From: Alkanindiges illinoisensis DSM 15370
GTDB lineage: Bacteria > Pseudomonadota > Gammaproteobacteria > Pseudomonadales > Moraxellaceae
DNA: 32,000 bases
Assembly: GCF_000619845.1 (NCBI RefSeq)
Contig: NZ_KK211037.1
Span: forward strand, 230,027-262,026
Reading direction: 5' to 3'
The number at the start of each line of letters is the position of its first letter. The first letter of the stretch is position 1. Made by a program: the position numbers and the translations under genes. Positions 1-10,473 of the stretch are shown piece by piece. Below the pieces are notes generated by a model that was not told the DNA's origin, made no database searches, and saw nothing but the letters and a program-made list of their open reading frames with translations.

Positions 1-1
1 G

Positions 2-121
2 CGTCGTGGTGGTCGTGATGACCGTCGTAACGAAGGCCGTAATGATGGTGAAAACCGTCGCGGACGTGGTGAAGGCCGTGGACGTGGTGAAGGCCGCGCT
101 GCTGCAGACAAGGGAGAATAA
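2..121 (+). CDS. rpsC: 30S ribosomal protein S3, C-terminal tail (5' part lies outside the window)
   Basis: Frame 2 is open from the window edge and reads RRGGRDDRRNEGRNDGENRRGRGEGRGRGEGRAAADKGE*, with TAA at 119-121, 3 nt before rplP. In the S10 operon the gene immediately upstream of rplP is rpsC. Only the tail is visible, so the identity rests on synteny. Confidence 0.7.
   Translation, partial: RRGGRDDRRNEGRNDGENRRGRGEGRGRGEGRAAADKGE
62..97 (+). repeat. Tandem 18-nt duplication (ggacgtggtgaaggccgt / ggacgtggtgaaggccgc) encoding GRGEGR x2 in the S3 tail
   Basis: Read directly. The two adjacent 18-nt units differ at one base and are in frame with rpsC. Confidence 0.9.
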
Positions 122-124
122 TCC

Positions 125-538
125 ATGTTGCAACCAAAACGCACCAAATTCCGTAAAGTGCACAAAGGCCGTAACACCGGTCTGGCAAATCGCGGAAGCA
201 CAGTCGCATTTGGTACGATTGCGCTGAAATCTGTTGAGCGTGGTCGTATTACAGCTCGTCAAATTGAAGCTGCTCGTCGTGCCATTAACCGTCGTGTTAA
301 ACGTGGCGGTAAAATCTGGATCCGTGTATTTCCAGACAAGCCAATTACTCAAAAGCCTTTAGAAGTCCGTATGGGTAAAGGTAAGGGTAGCGTGGAGTAC
401 TGGGTTTGCGAGATTCAACCTGGCAAAATCCTGTACGAAATGGAAGGGGTTTCAGAAGAACTGGCTCGTGAAGCGTTCACACGTGCAGCAGCCAAGCTTC
501 CGTTCAAAACCGCTATTGTGACTCGGACGGTAATGTAA
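125..538 (+). CDS. rplP: 50S ribosomal protein L16
   Basis: 137-aa ORF starting [16 protein letters not shown], the canonical L16 N-terminus. Operon position fits. Confidence 0.97.
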   Translation: MLQPKRTKFRKVHKGRNTGLANRGSTVAFGTIALKSVERGRITARQIEAARRAINRRVKRGGKIWIRVFPDKPITQKPLEVRMGKGKGSVEYWVCEIQPGKILYEMEGVSEELAREAFTRAAAKLPFKTAIVTRTVM

Positions 539-735
539 TGAATACCAAAGATTTACGCGAAAAATCGGTTGAAGAGTTGAATGCTGCGCTTGATGAGCAA
601 CAACTGAATCAATTTCGTCTACGTATGGCGAAAGCAACTGGTCAACTGGGCAAAACGCATGAAGTGCAACTTGCCCGTAAAGCCATTGCACGCATTAAAA
701 CTCTCCTCACCGAGAAACAGGGGAACGGACAATGA
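538..735 (+). CDS. rpmC: 50S ribosomal protein L29
   Basis: 65-aa ORF whose ATG overlaps the rplP stop (TAATG). The sequence [15 protein letters not shown]... and its position between rplP and rpsQ fit L29. Confidence 0.95.
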   Translation: MNTKDLREKSVEELNAALDEQQLNQFRLRMAKATGQLGKTHEVQLARKAIARIKTLLTEKQGNGQ

Positions 736-995
736 GCGAACAAAGTACTCAACGTACGCTGACTGGCAAAGTAGTGAGTGACAAGATGGAGAAATCCATT
801 ACTGTCCTGATTGAGCGCCGGGTTCAGCATCCTGTGTATGGCAAAATGATCCGCCGTTCCACGAAGTTACACGCCCATGATGAAAACAATGTTGCCAAAC
901 TTGGCGATATCGTCACCATCAAAGAAAGCCGTCCTATTTCTAAAACCAAAGCTTGGACTTTGGTTGAAGTTGTAGAAACAGCTGGGCAAAACTAG
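732..995 (+). CDS. rpsQ: 30S ribosomal protein S17
   Basis: 87-aa ORF with an ATGA overlap with rpm[30 protein letters not shown] is typical S17. Confidence 0.96.
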   Translation: MSEQSTQRTLTGKVVSDKMEKSITVLIERRVQHPVYGKMIRRSTKLHAHDENNVAKLGDIVTIKESRPISKTKAWTLVEVVETAGQN

Positions 996-1003
996 TTCTT
1001 ATT

Positions 1004-1058
1004 GCATCATCGGTTAAATTCAGGTAGCATTTGCGCCTTTCGAATTGACCGATGATGC
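1004..1058 (+). promoter_or_regulatory. Perfect 11-bp inverted repeat (gcatcatcggt ... accgatgatgc, 33-nt loop) at the S10/spc operon junction, followed by tcggtttt
   Basis: The arms at 1004-1014 and 1048-1058 are exact reverse complements. The element lies in the 82-nt rpsQ-rplN gap, where E. coli has the S10 terminator and spc promoter. Its function here is inferred. Confidence 0.4.
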
Positions 1059-1077
1059 TCGGTTTTGGAGTAGGGCA

Positions 1078-1446
1078 ATGATTCAGACCGAAACGATGCT
1101 CGACGTGGCAGACAACAGCGGCGCTCGCCGTGTTCAGTGCATTAAAGTACTGGGCGGTTCGCATCGTCGTTACGCTTCCGTTGGCGACATTATCAAAGTG
1201 ACCGTGAAGGAAGCAATTCCACGTGGTCGTGTCAAGAAAGGCGATGTAATGAACGCAGTTGTCGTTCGTACAAAATTCGGTATTCGCCGTCCGGACGGTT
1301 CTCTGATCCGTTTTGACGACAATGCTGCCGTGTTGTTAAACAACAACAAGGCACCGATTGCCACCCGTATTTTCGGGCCAGTGACTCGTGAACTTCGTAC
1401 TGAACAGTTCATGAAGATCATCTCATTGGCACCAGAAGTTCTGTAA
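1078..1446 (+). CDS. rplN: 50S ribosomal protein L14
   Basis: The track ORF starts at 1045, but the canonical L14 N-terminus [17 protein letters not shown] begins at ATG 1078. This gives 122 aa. Confidence 0.96.
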   Translation: MIQTETMLDVADNSGARRVQCIKVLGGSHRRYASVGDIIKVTVKEAIPRGRVKKGDVMNAVVVRTKFGIRRPDGSLIRFDDNAAVLLNNNKAPIATRIFGPVTRELRTEQFMKIISLAPEVL

Positions 1447-1455
1447 GAGGCAGTC

Positions 1456-1776
1456 ATGGCGAAGATCAAGAAAGGCGATCAGGTTATCGTGATCGCAGGT
1501 AAAGAAAAAGGCAAACAGGGTACTGTTCTGTCTGTTACTGGTGACCGTGTTAAGGTTGAAGGCCTTAACCTGGTTAAGAAGCACAAAAAAGCCAACCAGG
1601 CTACGGGCGCTGAAGGCGGTATCGTAACCCAGGAAGCTGCGCTTCATATTTCTAACGTGGCGGTTTTTAACGCTACAACCCAAAAGGCTGACCGTGTTGG
1701 TTACCAGATTGATGAAAACGGCGTTAAAACCCGTATTTACAAATCAAATGGTGAATCAGTGGCGGTAGCGAAGTAA
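1456..1776 (+). CDS. rplX: 50S ribosomal protein L24
   Basis: 106-aa ORF starting [22 protein letters not shown] (KOW motif). spc operon order. Confidence 0.96.
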   Translation: MAKIKKGDQVIVIAGKEKGKQGTVLSVTGDRVKVEGLNLVKKHKKANQATGAEGGIVTQEAALHISNVAVFNATTQKADRVGYQIDENGVKTRIYKSNGESVAVAK

Positions 1777-1790
1777 TAGGTTGATCGGCA

Positions 1791-2327
1791 ATGGCCAGAC
1801 TTAAAACACGTTACAACGAAGAAATCAAAGCCCAGTTGCAAGAGCAATTAGGCTTGAAAAATGTGATGGAAATTCCTCGCATTACTAAAATTACCCTGAA
1901 CATGGGTGTAGGTGGCGCAACTCAAGACAAGAAATTGTTGGAAGGTGCGGTATCAGATATGACGTTAATCGCTGGTCAAAAGCCAGTGGTAACACATGCA
2001 CGTAACTCTATTGCCGGTTTTAAAGTCCGTGAAGGATGGCCAATTGGCTGTAAAGTTACGCTGCGTGGTGATCAGATGTACGAATTTCTGGATCGTCTGA
2101 TTTCTATTACTATTCCGCGTATTCGTGACTTCCGTGGTTTTTCGCCTAAGTCTTTTGACGGTCGTGGTAATTACTCACTGGGTCTCAAGGAACAAATCGT
2201 GTTCCCTGAAATCGAGTTTGATAAAATTGATCGTATCCGTGGTATGGACATTACTGTTACTACTACTGCCCGTACAGATGACGAAGGCCGTGCACTATTG
2301 CGTGCGTTTGGCTTCCCGTTTAAATAA
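1791..2327 (+). CDS. rplE: 50S ribosomal protein L5
   Basis: 178-aa ORF starting [16 protein letters not shown]... Typical L5 in the expected operon position. Confidence 0.97.
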   Translation: MARLKTRYNEEIKAQLQEQLGLKNVMEIPRITKITLNMGVGGATQDKKLLEGAVSDMTLIAGQKPVVTHARNSIAGFKVREGWPIGCKVTLRGDQMYEFLDRLISITIPRIRDFRGFSPKSFDGRGNYSLGLKEQIVFPEIEFDKIDRIRGMDITVTTTARTDDEGRALLRAFGFPFK

Positions 2328-2336
2328 GAGGTCAAT

Positions 2337-2642
2337 ATGGCTAAGAAAAGCATGATTAATCGCGAGTTAAAGCGCGAAAAAACAGTTGCTAAATATGCTG
2401 CCAAGCGCGCTGAACTGAAAGCAACCATTGCTAACGGTACTGCAAGCGATGAAGAGCGTATGGATGCAATGCTGAAACTACAGGCATTGCCACGTGATGC
2501 ATCTCCTGTTCGTCAACGTAACCGTTGTGGTTTAACAGGCCGTCCGCATGGCTATTTCCGCAAGTTCGGCTTAAGCCGTAACATGTTGCGTTTAATGGTT
2601 ATGCAGGGTGATGTCCCTGGCGTGGTTAAGGCAAGCTGGTAA
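2337..2642 (+). CDS. rpsN: 30S ribosomal protein S14 (long, non-zinc form)
   Basis: 101-aa ORF containing [15 protein letters not shown] and [21 protein letters not shown]. Confidence 0.96.
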   Translation: MAKKSMINRELKREKTVAKYAAKRAELKATIANGTASDEERMDAMLKLQALPRDASPVRQRNRCGLTGRPHGYFRKFGLSRNMLRLMVMQGDVPGVVKASW

Positions 2643-2654
2643 GGAGCAACATAC

Positions 2655-3050
2655 ATGAGTATGCAAGATACCGTTGCCGACATGCTAACCCGTGTTCGTA
2701 ACGCACAAATGGCAAAGAAAGCAACTGTTTCAATGCCACAATCCAAATTGAAGCAAGCCATTGCCGGCGTGCTTCAGTCTGAGGGTTATATTGCCAGTAC
2801 TGAAGTTACCGATGTTGAAGGTAAACCAACACTGACGCTGACCCTGAAATACTTTGAAGGCAAGCCAGTTATTGAAACCGTGAAGCGTGTAAGCCGTCCA
2901 GGTTTGCGTCAGTATCGCGGCAAAAATGACTTACCACGCGTTAAGCAAGGTTTGGGCATTGCAATTGTTTCAACAAGTAAAGGCATCATGACCGATCGCG
3001 CTGCACGTGCTGCTGGCGTTGGCGGTGAAGTGATTGCTTTTGTTTCCTAA
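2655..3050 (+). CDS. rpsH: 30S ribosomal protein S8
   Basis: 131-aa ORF starting [18 protein letters not shown]. Confidence 0.97.
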   Translation: MSMQDTVADMLTRVRNAQMAKKATVSMPQSKLKQAIAGVLQSEGYIASTEVTDVEGKPTLTLTLKYFEGKPVIETVKRVSRPGLRQYRGKNDLPRVKQGLGIAIVSTSKGIMTDRAARAAGVGGEVIAFVS

Positions 3051-3063
3051 TAGGTGATTCCTC

Positions 3064-3597
3064 ATGTCTCGTGTGGCTAAAGCCCCGGTTACTGTACCCT
3101 CTGGTGTTACAGTAACCCAGAACGGCCAGCAGGTCGAAGTGAAAGGCAGTAAAGGTACACTGGCTTTCAACCTGCATGCGCTGGTCGAGCTAAAACAGGA
3201 AGACGGTAAAGTTCTGATTGCTCCAGCAAATGATAATCAAGAAAGCTGGATGCAGGCAGGTACCGCTCGTGCCGTTTTAAATAACTTGGTGACTGGTGTT
3301 AGCAACGGTTTCGAACGTAAGCTGCAATTGGTTGGTGTAGGTTATAAAGCTCAGGTGAAAGGTACTGTTGTAAACCTGAACCTGGGTTACTCCCATCCGA
3401 TTGATTTCCAGCTGCCAGAAGGCGTGACTGCCGAAACCCCGACTCCAACTGAAATTATCCTGAAATCTATTGATAAGCAGGCGTTGGGTCAGGTAGCTGC
3501 TAACATCCGTTCTTTCCGTCCACCAGAGCCTTATAAAGGTAAAGGTGTACGTTACTCGGATGAAGTCATTCTCCGTAAAGAAGCTAAGAAGAAATAA
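3064..3597 (+). CDS. rplF: 50S ribosomal protein L6
   Basis: 177-aa ORF starting [15 protein letters not shown]. Confidence 0.97.
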   Translation: MSRVAKAPVTVPSGVTVTQNGQQVEVKGSKGTLAFNLHALVELKQEDGKVLIAPANDNQESWMQAGTARAVLNNLVTGVSNGFERKLQLVGVGYKAQVKGTVVNLNLGYSHPIDFQLPEGVTAETPTPTEIILKSIDKQALGQVAANIRSFRPPEPYKGKGVRYSDEVILRKEAKKK

Positions 3598-3612
3598 GGC
3601 ACGAGGTTCTGT

Positions 3613-3963
3613 ATGAACGACAAGAAACAATCCCGTTTGCGTCGTGCCAAAAGCACGCGCTTGCACATTCGTGCATTGGGTGCGACTCGTCTGTGTGTAA
3701 ACCGCACACCGCGTCACATCTATGCTCAAATCATTTCCCCAGAAGGTGGTAAAGTACTGGCGCAAGCTTCTACTTTAGACGCACAATTACGTTCTGGCGC
3801 AACTGGCAACGTTGATGCAGCTACTAAAGTAGGTGCATTAATTGCTGAGCGTGCTAAAGCTGCTGGTATTACCAAAGTAGCGTTCGACCGTTCTGGTTTT
3901 AAATATCATGGTCGTATTAAAGCCTTGGCTGATGCTGCCCGTGCTGGCGGTCTGGAGTTCTAA
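3613..3963 (+). CDS. rplR: 50S ribosomal protein L18
   Basis: 116-aa ORF with the basic N-terminus [13 protein letters not shown] and a C-terminal ...[22 protein letters not shown]. Confidence 0.96.
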   Translation: MNDKKQSRLRRAKSTRLHIRALGATRLCVNRTPRHIYAQIISPEGGKVLAQASTLDAQLRSGATGNVDAATKVGALIAERAKAAGITKVAFDRSGFKYHGRIKALADAARAGGLEF

Positions 3964-3965
3964 TC

Positions 3966-4463
3966 ATGGCAAAAGTTGAACAAAACGAAGGCTTTGTTGA
4001 GAAGCTGGTTGCTGTAGACCGCGTTGCCAAGGTAGTTAAAGGTGGCCGTATTTTCTCTTTCACTGCGTTAACCGTAGTGGGTGATGGCAATGGTCGCGTG
4101 GGCTTTGGTCGTGGCAAAGCGCGTGAAGTTCCAGCTGCAATTCAAAAAGCGCTGGAAGCTGCTCGCCGCAACATGATCAGTGTAGAGCTAAATGGTACAA
4201 CCCTGCAACATCCGGTAAATTCTTCACATGGTGCAAGCCGCATTTATATGCAGCCTGCCTCTGAAGGTACTGGTGTAATTGCTGGTGGTGCAATGCGCGC
4301 TGTACTTGAAGTTGCTGGTGTACAAAACGTATTGGCAAAATGCTACGGTTCTACCAATGCAACCAACGTGGTGTATGCAACTTTCAAAGGTCTAAAAAAT
4401 ATGACCTCTGCTGAGAAAGTTGCTGCTAAACGTGGTAAGACTGTCGAAGAAATTCAAGGGTAA
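3966..4463 (+). CDS. rpsE: 30S ribosomal protein S5
   Basis: 165-aa ORF containing ...[32 protein letters not shown]... Confidence 0.97.
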   Translation: MAKVEQNEGFVEKLVAVDRVAKVVKGGRIFSFTALTVVGDGNGRVGFGRGKAREVPAAIQKALEAARRNMISVELNGTTLQHPVNSSHGASRIYMQPASEGTGVIAGGAMRAVLEVAGVQNVLAKCYGSTNATNVVYATFKGLKNMTSAEKVAAKRGKTVEEIQG

Positions 4464-4469
4464 TTTGAC

Positions 4470-4667
4470 ATGAAAACAATCAAGGTTACCCAGATCAAAT
4501 CTTCTGCCCATCGCTTAAAAAATCATAAGCTATGTTTGCAAGGATTAGGTCTGCGTCGCATTGGTCACACTGTTGAAGTGCAGGACACGCCTTCAAACCG
4601 TGGTATGATCAATAAAGTATACTATATGGTAAGCGTTGAGCCAGTTGATAATGGAGTGCAGCCATGA
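4470..4667 (+). CDS. rpmD: 50S ribosomal protein L30
   Basis: 65-aa ORF reading [12 protein letters not shown]...[11 protein letters not shown]. Its stop overlaps the rplO start (ATGA). Confidence 0.94.
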   Translation: MKTIKVTQIKSSAHRLKNHKLCLQGLGLRRIGHTVEVQDTPSNRGMINKVYYMVSVEPVDNGVQP

Positions 4668-5104
4668 CTTTGCGTTTAAATGAGCTTGCTCCTGCTGAAG
4701 GTGCAAAGCGCGAACATCGCCGCTTGGGTCGTGGTATTGGTTCTGGCTTGGGCAAAACTGGTGGCCGTGGTGTGAAAGGTCAAACTTCACGCTCAGGTGG
4801 TGGAATCCGTGCCGGCTTTGAAGGCGGCCAGATGCCAATTTACCGTCGCTTGCCTAAGTTTGGTTTTACCAGCCAACTTGCACTTAAAACTGCTGAAGTG
4901 CGTTTATCTGAACTGAACAAGGTTGAAGGTGACGTTGTAAGTCTGGCAACTTTAAAAGCTGCCAACGTCGTGCGTCAGGACAAAATCCGTGCCCGTATCG
5001 TACTTTCAGGTGAAATCACTCGTGCATTCACAGTGCAGGGTGTTGCTCTGACCAAAGGCGCTAAAGCTGCAATTGAAGCAGCTGGCGGCAAGGTTGAGGA
5101 GTAA
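4664..5104 (+). CDS. rplO: 50S ribosomal protein L15
   Basis: 146-aa ORF reading [16 protein letters not shown]...[15 protein letters not shown]. Confidence 0.97.
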   Translation: MTLRLNELAPAEGAKREHRRLGRGIGSGLGKTGGRGVKGQTSRSGGGIRAGFEGGQMPIYRRLPKFGFTSQLALKTAEVRLSELNKVEGDVVSLATLKAANVVRQDKIRARIVLSGEITRAFTVQGVALTKGAKAAIEAAGGKVEE

Positions 5105-5110
5105 TCCCAA

Positions 5111-6475
5111 GTGGCTATGCCCCCAAACTCAACAATCAATAACGTTCAACGAGCAATAAAAGGTCCTGCATTTCATCAGAAATACCGGGAAATCATTCAG
5201 CGAATGCTTTTTTTGCTAGGTGCATTATTAGTGTTTCGTTTGGGATCGCATATTCCAGTGCCTGGAATTAATCCAGAACGGTTAGCACAGCTATTTGAAC
5301 AGAATAAGGATACTATCCTTAGCCTGTTCAATATGTTTTCGGGTGGTGCCCTCCAGCGCATGTCGATTCTTGCGCTGGGCATCATGCCTTATATTTCTGC
5401 TTCAATTATTGTTCAGTTGATGGCGACTGTTGTGCCTTCACTTGAATCGCTTAAAAAAGAAGGCGAAGCAGGTCGCCGCAAAATCAATCAGTACACGCGC
5501 CAGGGAACCTTGTTTCTAGGTCTGGTACAGGCGATTGGAATGTGCGCGGGACTGCAAAGTCAGGGGATAACTCTGTCTACAGGCTTAAGTTTTTATGTGC
5601 CTGCAGTGACTTCTTTGGTAGCGGGTACTATGTTTCTGATGTGGCTCGGTGAGCAAATTACCGAGCGTGGCATTGGTAATGGTATTTCAATGATTATTTT
5701 TGCGGGGATTGTGGCGGGTTTACCTGGCATTGTTCTGCAATCGGTAGAATCCATTCAGCAGGGTCAAAGCAGTTTAATTGGCCTGTTGCTGCTGGGAATT
5801 TTAAGTCTTGCTGTCATTGCTGCCGTAATCTTTATCGAAAAAGCACAGCGCCGTATTCCTGTGAACTATGCACAAAAGCAACAGGGTAGGAAAGTATTTA
5901 CTGCACAGCAAACCCATTTGCCATTAAAAATTAATATGGCTGGGGTGATTCCTGCAATTTTTGCCAGTTCTTTGCTGTTATTTCCAGCAAGCCTGGGTCA
6001 ATGGGTAGGAAGCGCTGATCCAAACGCGGGCTTCATCAAGCGTTTTCTGCAGGATATGGCATTGGTATTGTCACCAGGTCAGCCTTTGTACCTCGTGCTG
6101 TTTGGCGGTTTGATTATCTTCTTTTGTTACTTTTATACCGCCTTGGTATTTAGTCCTAAAGAAGTATCAGAAAATTTAAAACGTAGCGGTGCTTATGTGC
6201 CTGGCATTCGTCCTGGTGATCAAACAGCCCGTTATTTGGACCATATTCTCAATCGATTGACTTTTATTGGTGCAATCTATATTACCGTAGTGTGTTTGAT
6301 GCCTATGGTATTGCAAAGTGCATTTGGTGTGCCTTTCCATTTGGGAGGAACTTCATTGCTCATTGTAGTAGTTGTGGTGATGGATTTTATGGCGCAGCTA
6401 CAGGCGCATTTAACCTCACATCAGTATGAGAACCAGTCATTGATGAAAAAGTCACCTTCCTTGCTGAACAAGTAA
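5111..6475 (+). CDS. secY: Preprotein translocase subunit SecY
   Basis: Polytopic membrane protein of about 452-454 aa between rplO and rpmJ, with SecY-typical segments ([33 protein letters not shown]). The start is either GTG 5111 (GAGGAG 10 nt upstream) or ATG 5117. I cannot decide between them. Confidence 0.95.
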   Translation: MAMPPNSTINNVQRAIKGPAFHQKYREIIQRMLFLLGALLVFRLGSHIPVPGINPERLAQLFEQNKDTILSLFNMFSGGALQRMSILALGIMPYISASIIVQLMATVVPSLESLKKEGEAGRRKINQYTRQGTLFLGLVQAIGMCAGLQSQGITLSTGLSFYVPAVTSLVAGTMFLMWLGEQITERGIGNGISMIIFAGIVAGLPGIVLQSVESIQQGQSSLIGLLLLGILSLAVIAAVIFIEKAQRRIPVNYAQKQQGRKVFTAQQTHLPLKINMAGVIPAIFASSLLLFPASLGQWVGSADPNAGFIKRFLQDMALVLSPGQPLYLVLFGGLIIFFCYFYTALVFSPKEVSENLKRSGAYVPGIRPGDQTARYLDHILNRLTFIGAIYITVVCLMPMVLQSAFGVPFHLGGTSLLIVVVVVMDFMAQLQAHLTSHQYENQSLMKKSPSLLNK

Positions 6476-6509
6476 GTGCTTGCGTGATTCAACCTGAAGG
6501 GTGTTTAAC

Positions 6510-6626
6510 ATGAAAGTTCAAGCTTCTGTTAAAAAAATTTGCGGTAACTGTAAAGTGATCCGCCGTAATGGGGTAATTCGCGTAATTTGCAGCGCAGAAC
6601 CTCGCCACAAGCAGCGTCAAGGCTAG
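6510..6626 (+). CDS. rpmJ: 50S ribosomal protein L36 (zinc-ribbon form)
   Basis: Not in the ORF track because it is under 60 aa. Read directly as [38 protein letters not shown], with a CxxC...C...H pattern, directly after secY. Confidence 0.95.
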   Translation: MKVQASVKKICGNCKVIRRNGVIRVICSAEPRHKQRQG

Positions 6627-6680
6627 TTTTTTAATAAACTGACTTACCTGTTGATTTCACTAGGTGAATTGCGTTATTAT

Positions 6681-6716
6681 CCGCCCCCTCATAATTGATG
6701 GGGCGGTTGATTTTTC
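6681..6716 (+). terminator. Rho-independent terminator/attenuator after rpmJ (end of spc operon)
   Basis: Stem ccgcccc (6681-6687) pairs with ggggcgg (6700-6706) and is followed by ttgattttt. Confidence 0.7.
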
Positions 6717-6739
6717 AATTGCCTTTTTGGAGAAAATGA

Positions 6740-7096
6740 ATGGCTCGTATTGCCGGTGTTAACATTCCGGATAACAAGCACGCTGTCATTTCTTTAACTT
6801 ACATTTTTGGTATTGGCCGTCATACTGCTGCTAACATTCTAGCTGCTGTAGGAATTACTGCTACTACCAAAATCCGTGAGTTATCGGATGCGCAGTTGGA
6901 TGCGATTCGTGCCGAAGTTGCCAAGGTTCCTACCGAGGGTGATCTTCGTCGTGAAATTTCCATGAACATTAAACGTTTGATGGATTTAGGCTGCTATCGT
7001 GGTCTTCGTCATCGTCGTGGCTTGCCTGTTCGTGGTCAGCGCACCAAAACCAACGCTCGTACTCGCAAGGGTCCGAAAAAACCAATTAAGAAATAA
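6740..7096 (+). CDS. rpsM: 30S ribosomal protein S13
   Basis: 118-aa ORF starting [14 protein letters not shown]. Confidence 0.97.
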   Translation: MARIAGVNIPDNKHAVISLTYIFGIGRHTAANILAAVGITATTKIRELSDAQLDAIRAEVAKVPTEGDLRREISMNIKRLMDLGCYRGLRHRRGLPVRGQRTKTNARTRKGPKKPIKK

Positions 7097-7115
7097 TTGC
7101 TCTGGAAGCTAAAAG

Positions 7116-7502
7116 ATGGCTAAAGATACCCGCGCCCGTAAGAAGGTCACCAGGACCGTTTCTGAAGGGATCGCTCACATTCATGCTTCTTTTAATAACA
7201 CCATTGTGACCATTACCGATCGTCAAGGTAATGCACTGGCCTGGGCCACCTCCGGTGGACAGGGCTTCCGTGGCTCGCGTAAATCTACTCCGTTTGCTGC
7301 TCAGGTAGCAGCTGAAGTTGCTGGTAAAGCAGCTTTGGATTACGGTTTAAAAAATCTGGATGTTCTTGTTAAAGGGCCAGGTCCAGGTCGTGAGTCTGCG
7401 GTGCGTGCATTAGGCGCAGTGGGTTATAAAATTAACAGCATTACCGATGTGACACCTATTCCTCACAACGGCTGCCGTCCGCCTAAAAAACGTCGCGTAT
7501 AA
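7116..7502 (+). CDS. rpsK: 30S ribosomal protein S11
   Basis: 128-aa ORF containing ...[24 protein letters not shown]... Confidence 0.97.
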   Translation: MAKDTRARKKVTRTVSEGIAHIHASFNNTIVTITDRQGNALAWATSGGQGFRGSRKSTPFAAQVAAEVAGKAALDYGLKNLDVLVKGPGPGRESAVRALGAVGYKINSITDVTPIPHNGCRPPKKRRV

Positions 7503-7514
7503 GGAGACTCATTC

Positions 7515-8138
7515 ATGGCTCGCTATATAGGTCCAAAATGCAAGCTCTCCCGCCGCGAAGGGACAGACCTGCAGTTAAAATCTGGCGTTAAACCGTTTGA
7601 CGTCAAAACCAAAAAGGCTGGTAAACCACCAGGCCAACATGGCCAAAGTCGTGGTAAACAGTCCGAGTATTCGTTACAGTTACGTGAAAAACAAAAAGTA
7701 CGTCGTATGTACGGTGTTTTAGAGCGTCAATTCAGTAACTATTACAAAGAAGCCGCTCGTTCCAAAGGTGCAACAGGTGACAACTTGCTGCAATTGCTGG
7801 AAAGCCGTTTAGACAACGTTGTGTATCGCATGGGCTTCGGCTCTACGCGTGCTGAAGCGCGTCAGCTGGTGAGCCATCGCAGCATTACCCTGAATGGTCG
7901 TCGCGTAAACATCGCGTCAATCCAGGTTAAATCCGGTGATGTGATTGCTGTACATGAAGGTGCAAAAAACCAGTTGCGTATTAAAAATGCAATTGAACTT
8001 GGTACTCAGCGCGGTATTGCTTCCTGGTTGGAAGTTGATCATACCAAGATGGAAGGTACGTTCAAGTCTGCACCTGATCGTTCCGATCTGCCTGCCGAAA
8101 TCAACGAAAGCTTGATTGTTGAATTGTATTCGAAATAA
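7515..8138 (+). CDS. rpsD: 30S ribosomal protein S4
   Basis: 207-aa ORF starting [19 protein letters not shown]. Confidence 0.97.
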   Translation: MARYIGPKCKLSRREGTDLQLKSGVKPFDVKTKKAGKPPGQHGQSRGKQSEYSLQLREKQKVRRMYGVLERQFSNYYKEAARSKGATGDNLLQLLESRLDNVVYRMGFGSTRAEARQLVSHRSITLNGRRVNIASIQVKSGDVIAVHEGAKNQLRIKNAIELGTQRGIASWLEVDHTKMEGTFKSAPDRSDLPAEINESLIVELYSK

Positions 8139-8155
8139 TCCCTTGAGGTGGCAAT

Positions 8156-9163
8156 ATGACGCGTACTGCAAACGAGTTTCTGACTCCGCAAGCGATTAAA
8201 GTCGATGCGGTCAGTGGAACCTCGGCAAAAGTAATTCTTGAGCCTTTAGAGCGTGGTTTTGGCCACACTTTAGGTAATGCCTTGCGTCGCATTTTACTTT
8301 CGTCACTGCCGGGCGCTGCCGTGGTTGAGGCAGAGGTAGAAGGTGTCGAGCATGAGTACAGTACTTTAGAAGGCTTGCAGCAGGACATCGTCGAGCTCTT
8401 GCTGAACCTTAAAGGATTGTCAATTAAACTGTTCGAACAGAACGAAGCGTATTTGACATTGGATAAACAAGGTCCTGGCGAAGTTACTGCCGCTGACCTG
8501 CGTTTACCGCATAATGTTGAAATCGTTAATCCAGAACATGTACTGGCAACGCTGGGTGCTAATGGCCATTTAAAAATGCGCCTGAAAGTAACCCAGGGCC
8601 GTGGCTATGAGCCTGCTGATGTCCGCTTTCCGGAAGGGGAAACCCGTCCGGTTGGCCGTTTGCAGCTTGATGCCAGCTATAGCCCGATCAAGCGTGTTTC
8701 TTACACTGTAGAGAATGCACGTGTTGAGCAGCGTACTGATCTGGACAAACTGGTTATTGATCTGGAAACCAATGGTACTGTAGATCCGGAAGAAGCAATT
8801 CGTAAAGCTGCAACCATTTTGCAGCAACAGATTGCCATTTTTGTTGACCTGCAAAAAGACCATGCCCCAGAGCCTGTACAAAGTCGTGAAGAAGTTGATC
8901 CGATTTTGTTGCGTCCAGTTGATGATCTGGAATTAACCGTTCGTTCTGCCAACTGTTTGAAGGCAGAAAACATTTACTACATTGGTGATCTGGTACAACG
9001 TACTGAGGTTGAGCTGTTAAAAACGCCTAACCTGGGTAAAAAATCGTTGACCGAGATTAAAGATGTGTTGGCTTCCAAAGGCTTGTCGCTTGGCATGCGC
9101 TTAGATAACTGGCCACCTGCCAGTCTGCGTGTGGATGATCGCTTTGCTTACCGTAGCCGTTAA
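8156..9163 (+). CDS. rpoA: DNA-directed RNA polymerase alpha subunit
   Basis: 335-aa ORF with an N-terminal ...[23 protein letters not shown] and a C-terminal domain ...[23 protein letters not shown]. Confidence 0.97.
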   Translation: MTRTANEFLTPQAIKVDAVSGTSAKVILEPLERGFGHTLGNALRRILLSSLPGAAVVEAEVEGVEHEYSTLEGLQQDIVELLLNLKGLSIKLFEQNEAYLTLDKQGPGEVTAADLRLPHNVEIVNPEHVLATLGANGHLKMRLKVTQGRGYEPADVRFPEGETRPVGRLQLDASYSPIKRVSYTVENARVEQRTDLDKLVIDLETNGTVDPEEAIRKAATILQQQIAIFVDLQKDHAPEPVQSREEVDPILLRPVDDLELTVRSANCLKAENIYYIGDLVQRTEVELLKTPNLGKKSLTEIKDVLASKGLSLGMRLDNWPPASLRVDDRFAYRSR

Positions 9164-9181
9164 TTAGTAGGACTATTCACC

Positions 9182-9562
9182 ATGCGTCATCGTAATAGTG
9201 GTGTGAAATTAGGTCGTACCAGCAGCCACCGTAAGGCCATGTTCCAGAATATGGCTAACTCGCTGTTTGAACACGAGCTGATCAAAACAACCTTGCCTAA
9301 AGCTAAAGAGCTTCGCCGTGTTGCCGAGCCTTTAATCACTTTGGCGAAACATGATACTGTTGCTAACCGTCGTCTGGCTTTTGCCCGTACCCGTAGTGCT
9401 GCAGTTGTTGGTAAGTTATTTACTGAGCTTGGCCCTCGTTATAAAGAGCGTCAAGGTGGCTATTTGCGCGTACTGAAAGCTGGCTTCCGTGCTGGCGATG
9501 CTGCGCCAATGGCTTATGTTGAATTAGTGGATCGCTCCCTGACTCAACCTGCTGCTGAATAA
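9182..9562 (+). CDS. rplQ: 50S ribosomal protein L17
   Basis: 126-aa ORF starting [20 protein letters not shown]. Confidence 0.97.
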   Translation: MRHRNSGVKLGRTSSHRKAMFQNMANSLFEHELIKTTLPKAKELRRVAEPLITLAKHDTVANRRLAFARTRSAAVVGKLFTELGPRYKERQGGYLRVLKAGFRAGDAAPMAYVELVDRSLTQPAAE

Positions 9563-9576
9563 GCAGAGCAGTAGAA

Positions 9577-9603
9577 AAGACCGGCCCTAGCGCCGGTTTT
9601 TTT
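9577..9603 (+). terminator. Rho-independent terminator of the alpha operon
   Basis: Stem accggc (9580-9585) pairs with gccggt (9592-9597), with a 6-nt loop and a run of T through 9603. Confidence 0.8.
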
Positions 9604-9672
9604 ATGCCAGAAGGTTTTTATAGGATCAGGATCAATTATGATAGACACATCATCCTTAAAGCCAGTTTTCTG

Positions 9673-10359
9673 ATGTCGACATTATCTGTGATTGAACTTG
9701 AAACAGCTGCAAATCCACAATTTACAGTGATCTGGTTACATGGCTTGGGTGCCAATGGCAATGATTTTGTACCCGTCATTCCCGAGCTAAAGTTGTCATC
9801 CCAACATCCTGTGCGGTTTATATTTCCAAATGCACCAGAAATCCCGGTAACCATCAACGGGGGATATATCATGCCTGCCTGGTATGACATTCTGGAAATG
9901 TCAGCTGATCATCGAAAGGTAGATCAGGCCGGAATCCAGCGCAGTGTTGAACAGATTCGTCAGTTAATTAGCCGCGAAAACCAGCGTGGTATTCCTTCTT
10001 CCCATATCTTTCTAGCAGGCTTCTCTCAGGGCGGCGCAATTGCTTATCAAGCAGCTTTAAGCCATACAGTACGATTGGCGGGTGTAATTGCCCTGTCGAC
10101 CTATATTCCAGATGCGCAGGTGTTGCAGGCGCAGTTTAATGCCGTACAGCAGCAACTTCCGGTATTGATTGCGCATGGCCAGTATGATGGTGTGGTGCCG
10201 CTACAAATGGGAAAAAATGCCTGTATTGCTGTTGAACAGCTAGGATGTTTGGTCAACTGGTATGAGTATGGCATAGAGCATCAGGTGTGCCTTGAAGAAA
10301 TCCATGAAATTGGAACTTGGCTGGCTAAGCAAATTGACCGCATAAAAAATCTGCACTAG
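9673..10359 (+). CDS. Carboxylesterase/phospholipase family alpha/beta hydrolase
   Basis: Carries WLHGLGANGNDF and the nucleophile elbow GFSQGG, as in the carboxylesterase II/phospholipase family. The track ORF starts at 9604 inside the rplQ terminator, so I prefer ATG 9673 (MSTLSVIELE...). Confidence 0.85.
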   Translation: MSTLSVIELETAANPQFTVIWLHGLGANGNDFVPVIPELKLSSQHPVRFIFPNAPEIPVTINGGYIMPAWYDILEMSADHRKVDQAGIQRSVEQIRQLISRENQRGIPSSHIFLAGFSQGGAIAYQAALSHTVRLAGVIALSTYIPDAQVLQAQFNAVQQQLPVLIAHGQYDGVVPLQMGKNACIAVEQLGCLVNWYEYGIEHQVCLEEIHEIGTWLAKQIDRIKNLH

Positions 10360-10414
10360 GCATATCGTTCTGTGCGAATTTATCCTAAATTATTAGTGTA
10401 TTTACTCTAATGGC

Positions 10415-10454
10415 CTAAATTGACATTGACTATTGTCAATTTAGTGACTATGTT
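10415..10454 (+). promoter_or_regulatory. Candidate sigma70 promoter (TTGACT-N17-TATGTT) overlapped by a perfect 11-bp inverted repeat (ctaaattgaca-N8-tgtcaatttag)
   Basis: The arms at 10415-10425 and 10434-10444 are exact reverse complements. The -35 box is 10426-10431 and the -10 box is 10449-10454, about 20 nt upstream of the monooxygenase start. The operator role is inferred. Confidence 0.5.
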
Positions 10455-10473
10455 TTAGGCAAGTTAATTCGGA

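Noticed and set aside
6-227. 73-aa + strand ORF (MVVVMTVVTK...)
   Set aside because: It is the wrong frame. It overlaps the rpsC tail (frame 2) and the rplP start, and its valine-rich composition is an off-frame artefact of the Arg/Gly codons.
3277-3765. 162-aa minus-strand ORF, and similar minus-strand ORFs across 452-9890
   Set aside because: They are antisense to tightly packed, unambiguous ribosomal protein genes and are shadow frames.
9604-9672. Extended starts suggested by the ORF track (9604 for the esterase; likewise 1045 for rplN and 16112 for the small membrane protein)
   Set aside because: Position 9604 lies inside the rplQ terminator T-tract. In all three cases an internal ATG gives the conserved N-terminus or a better RBS.
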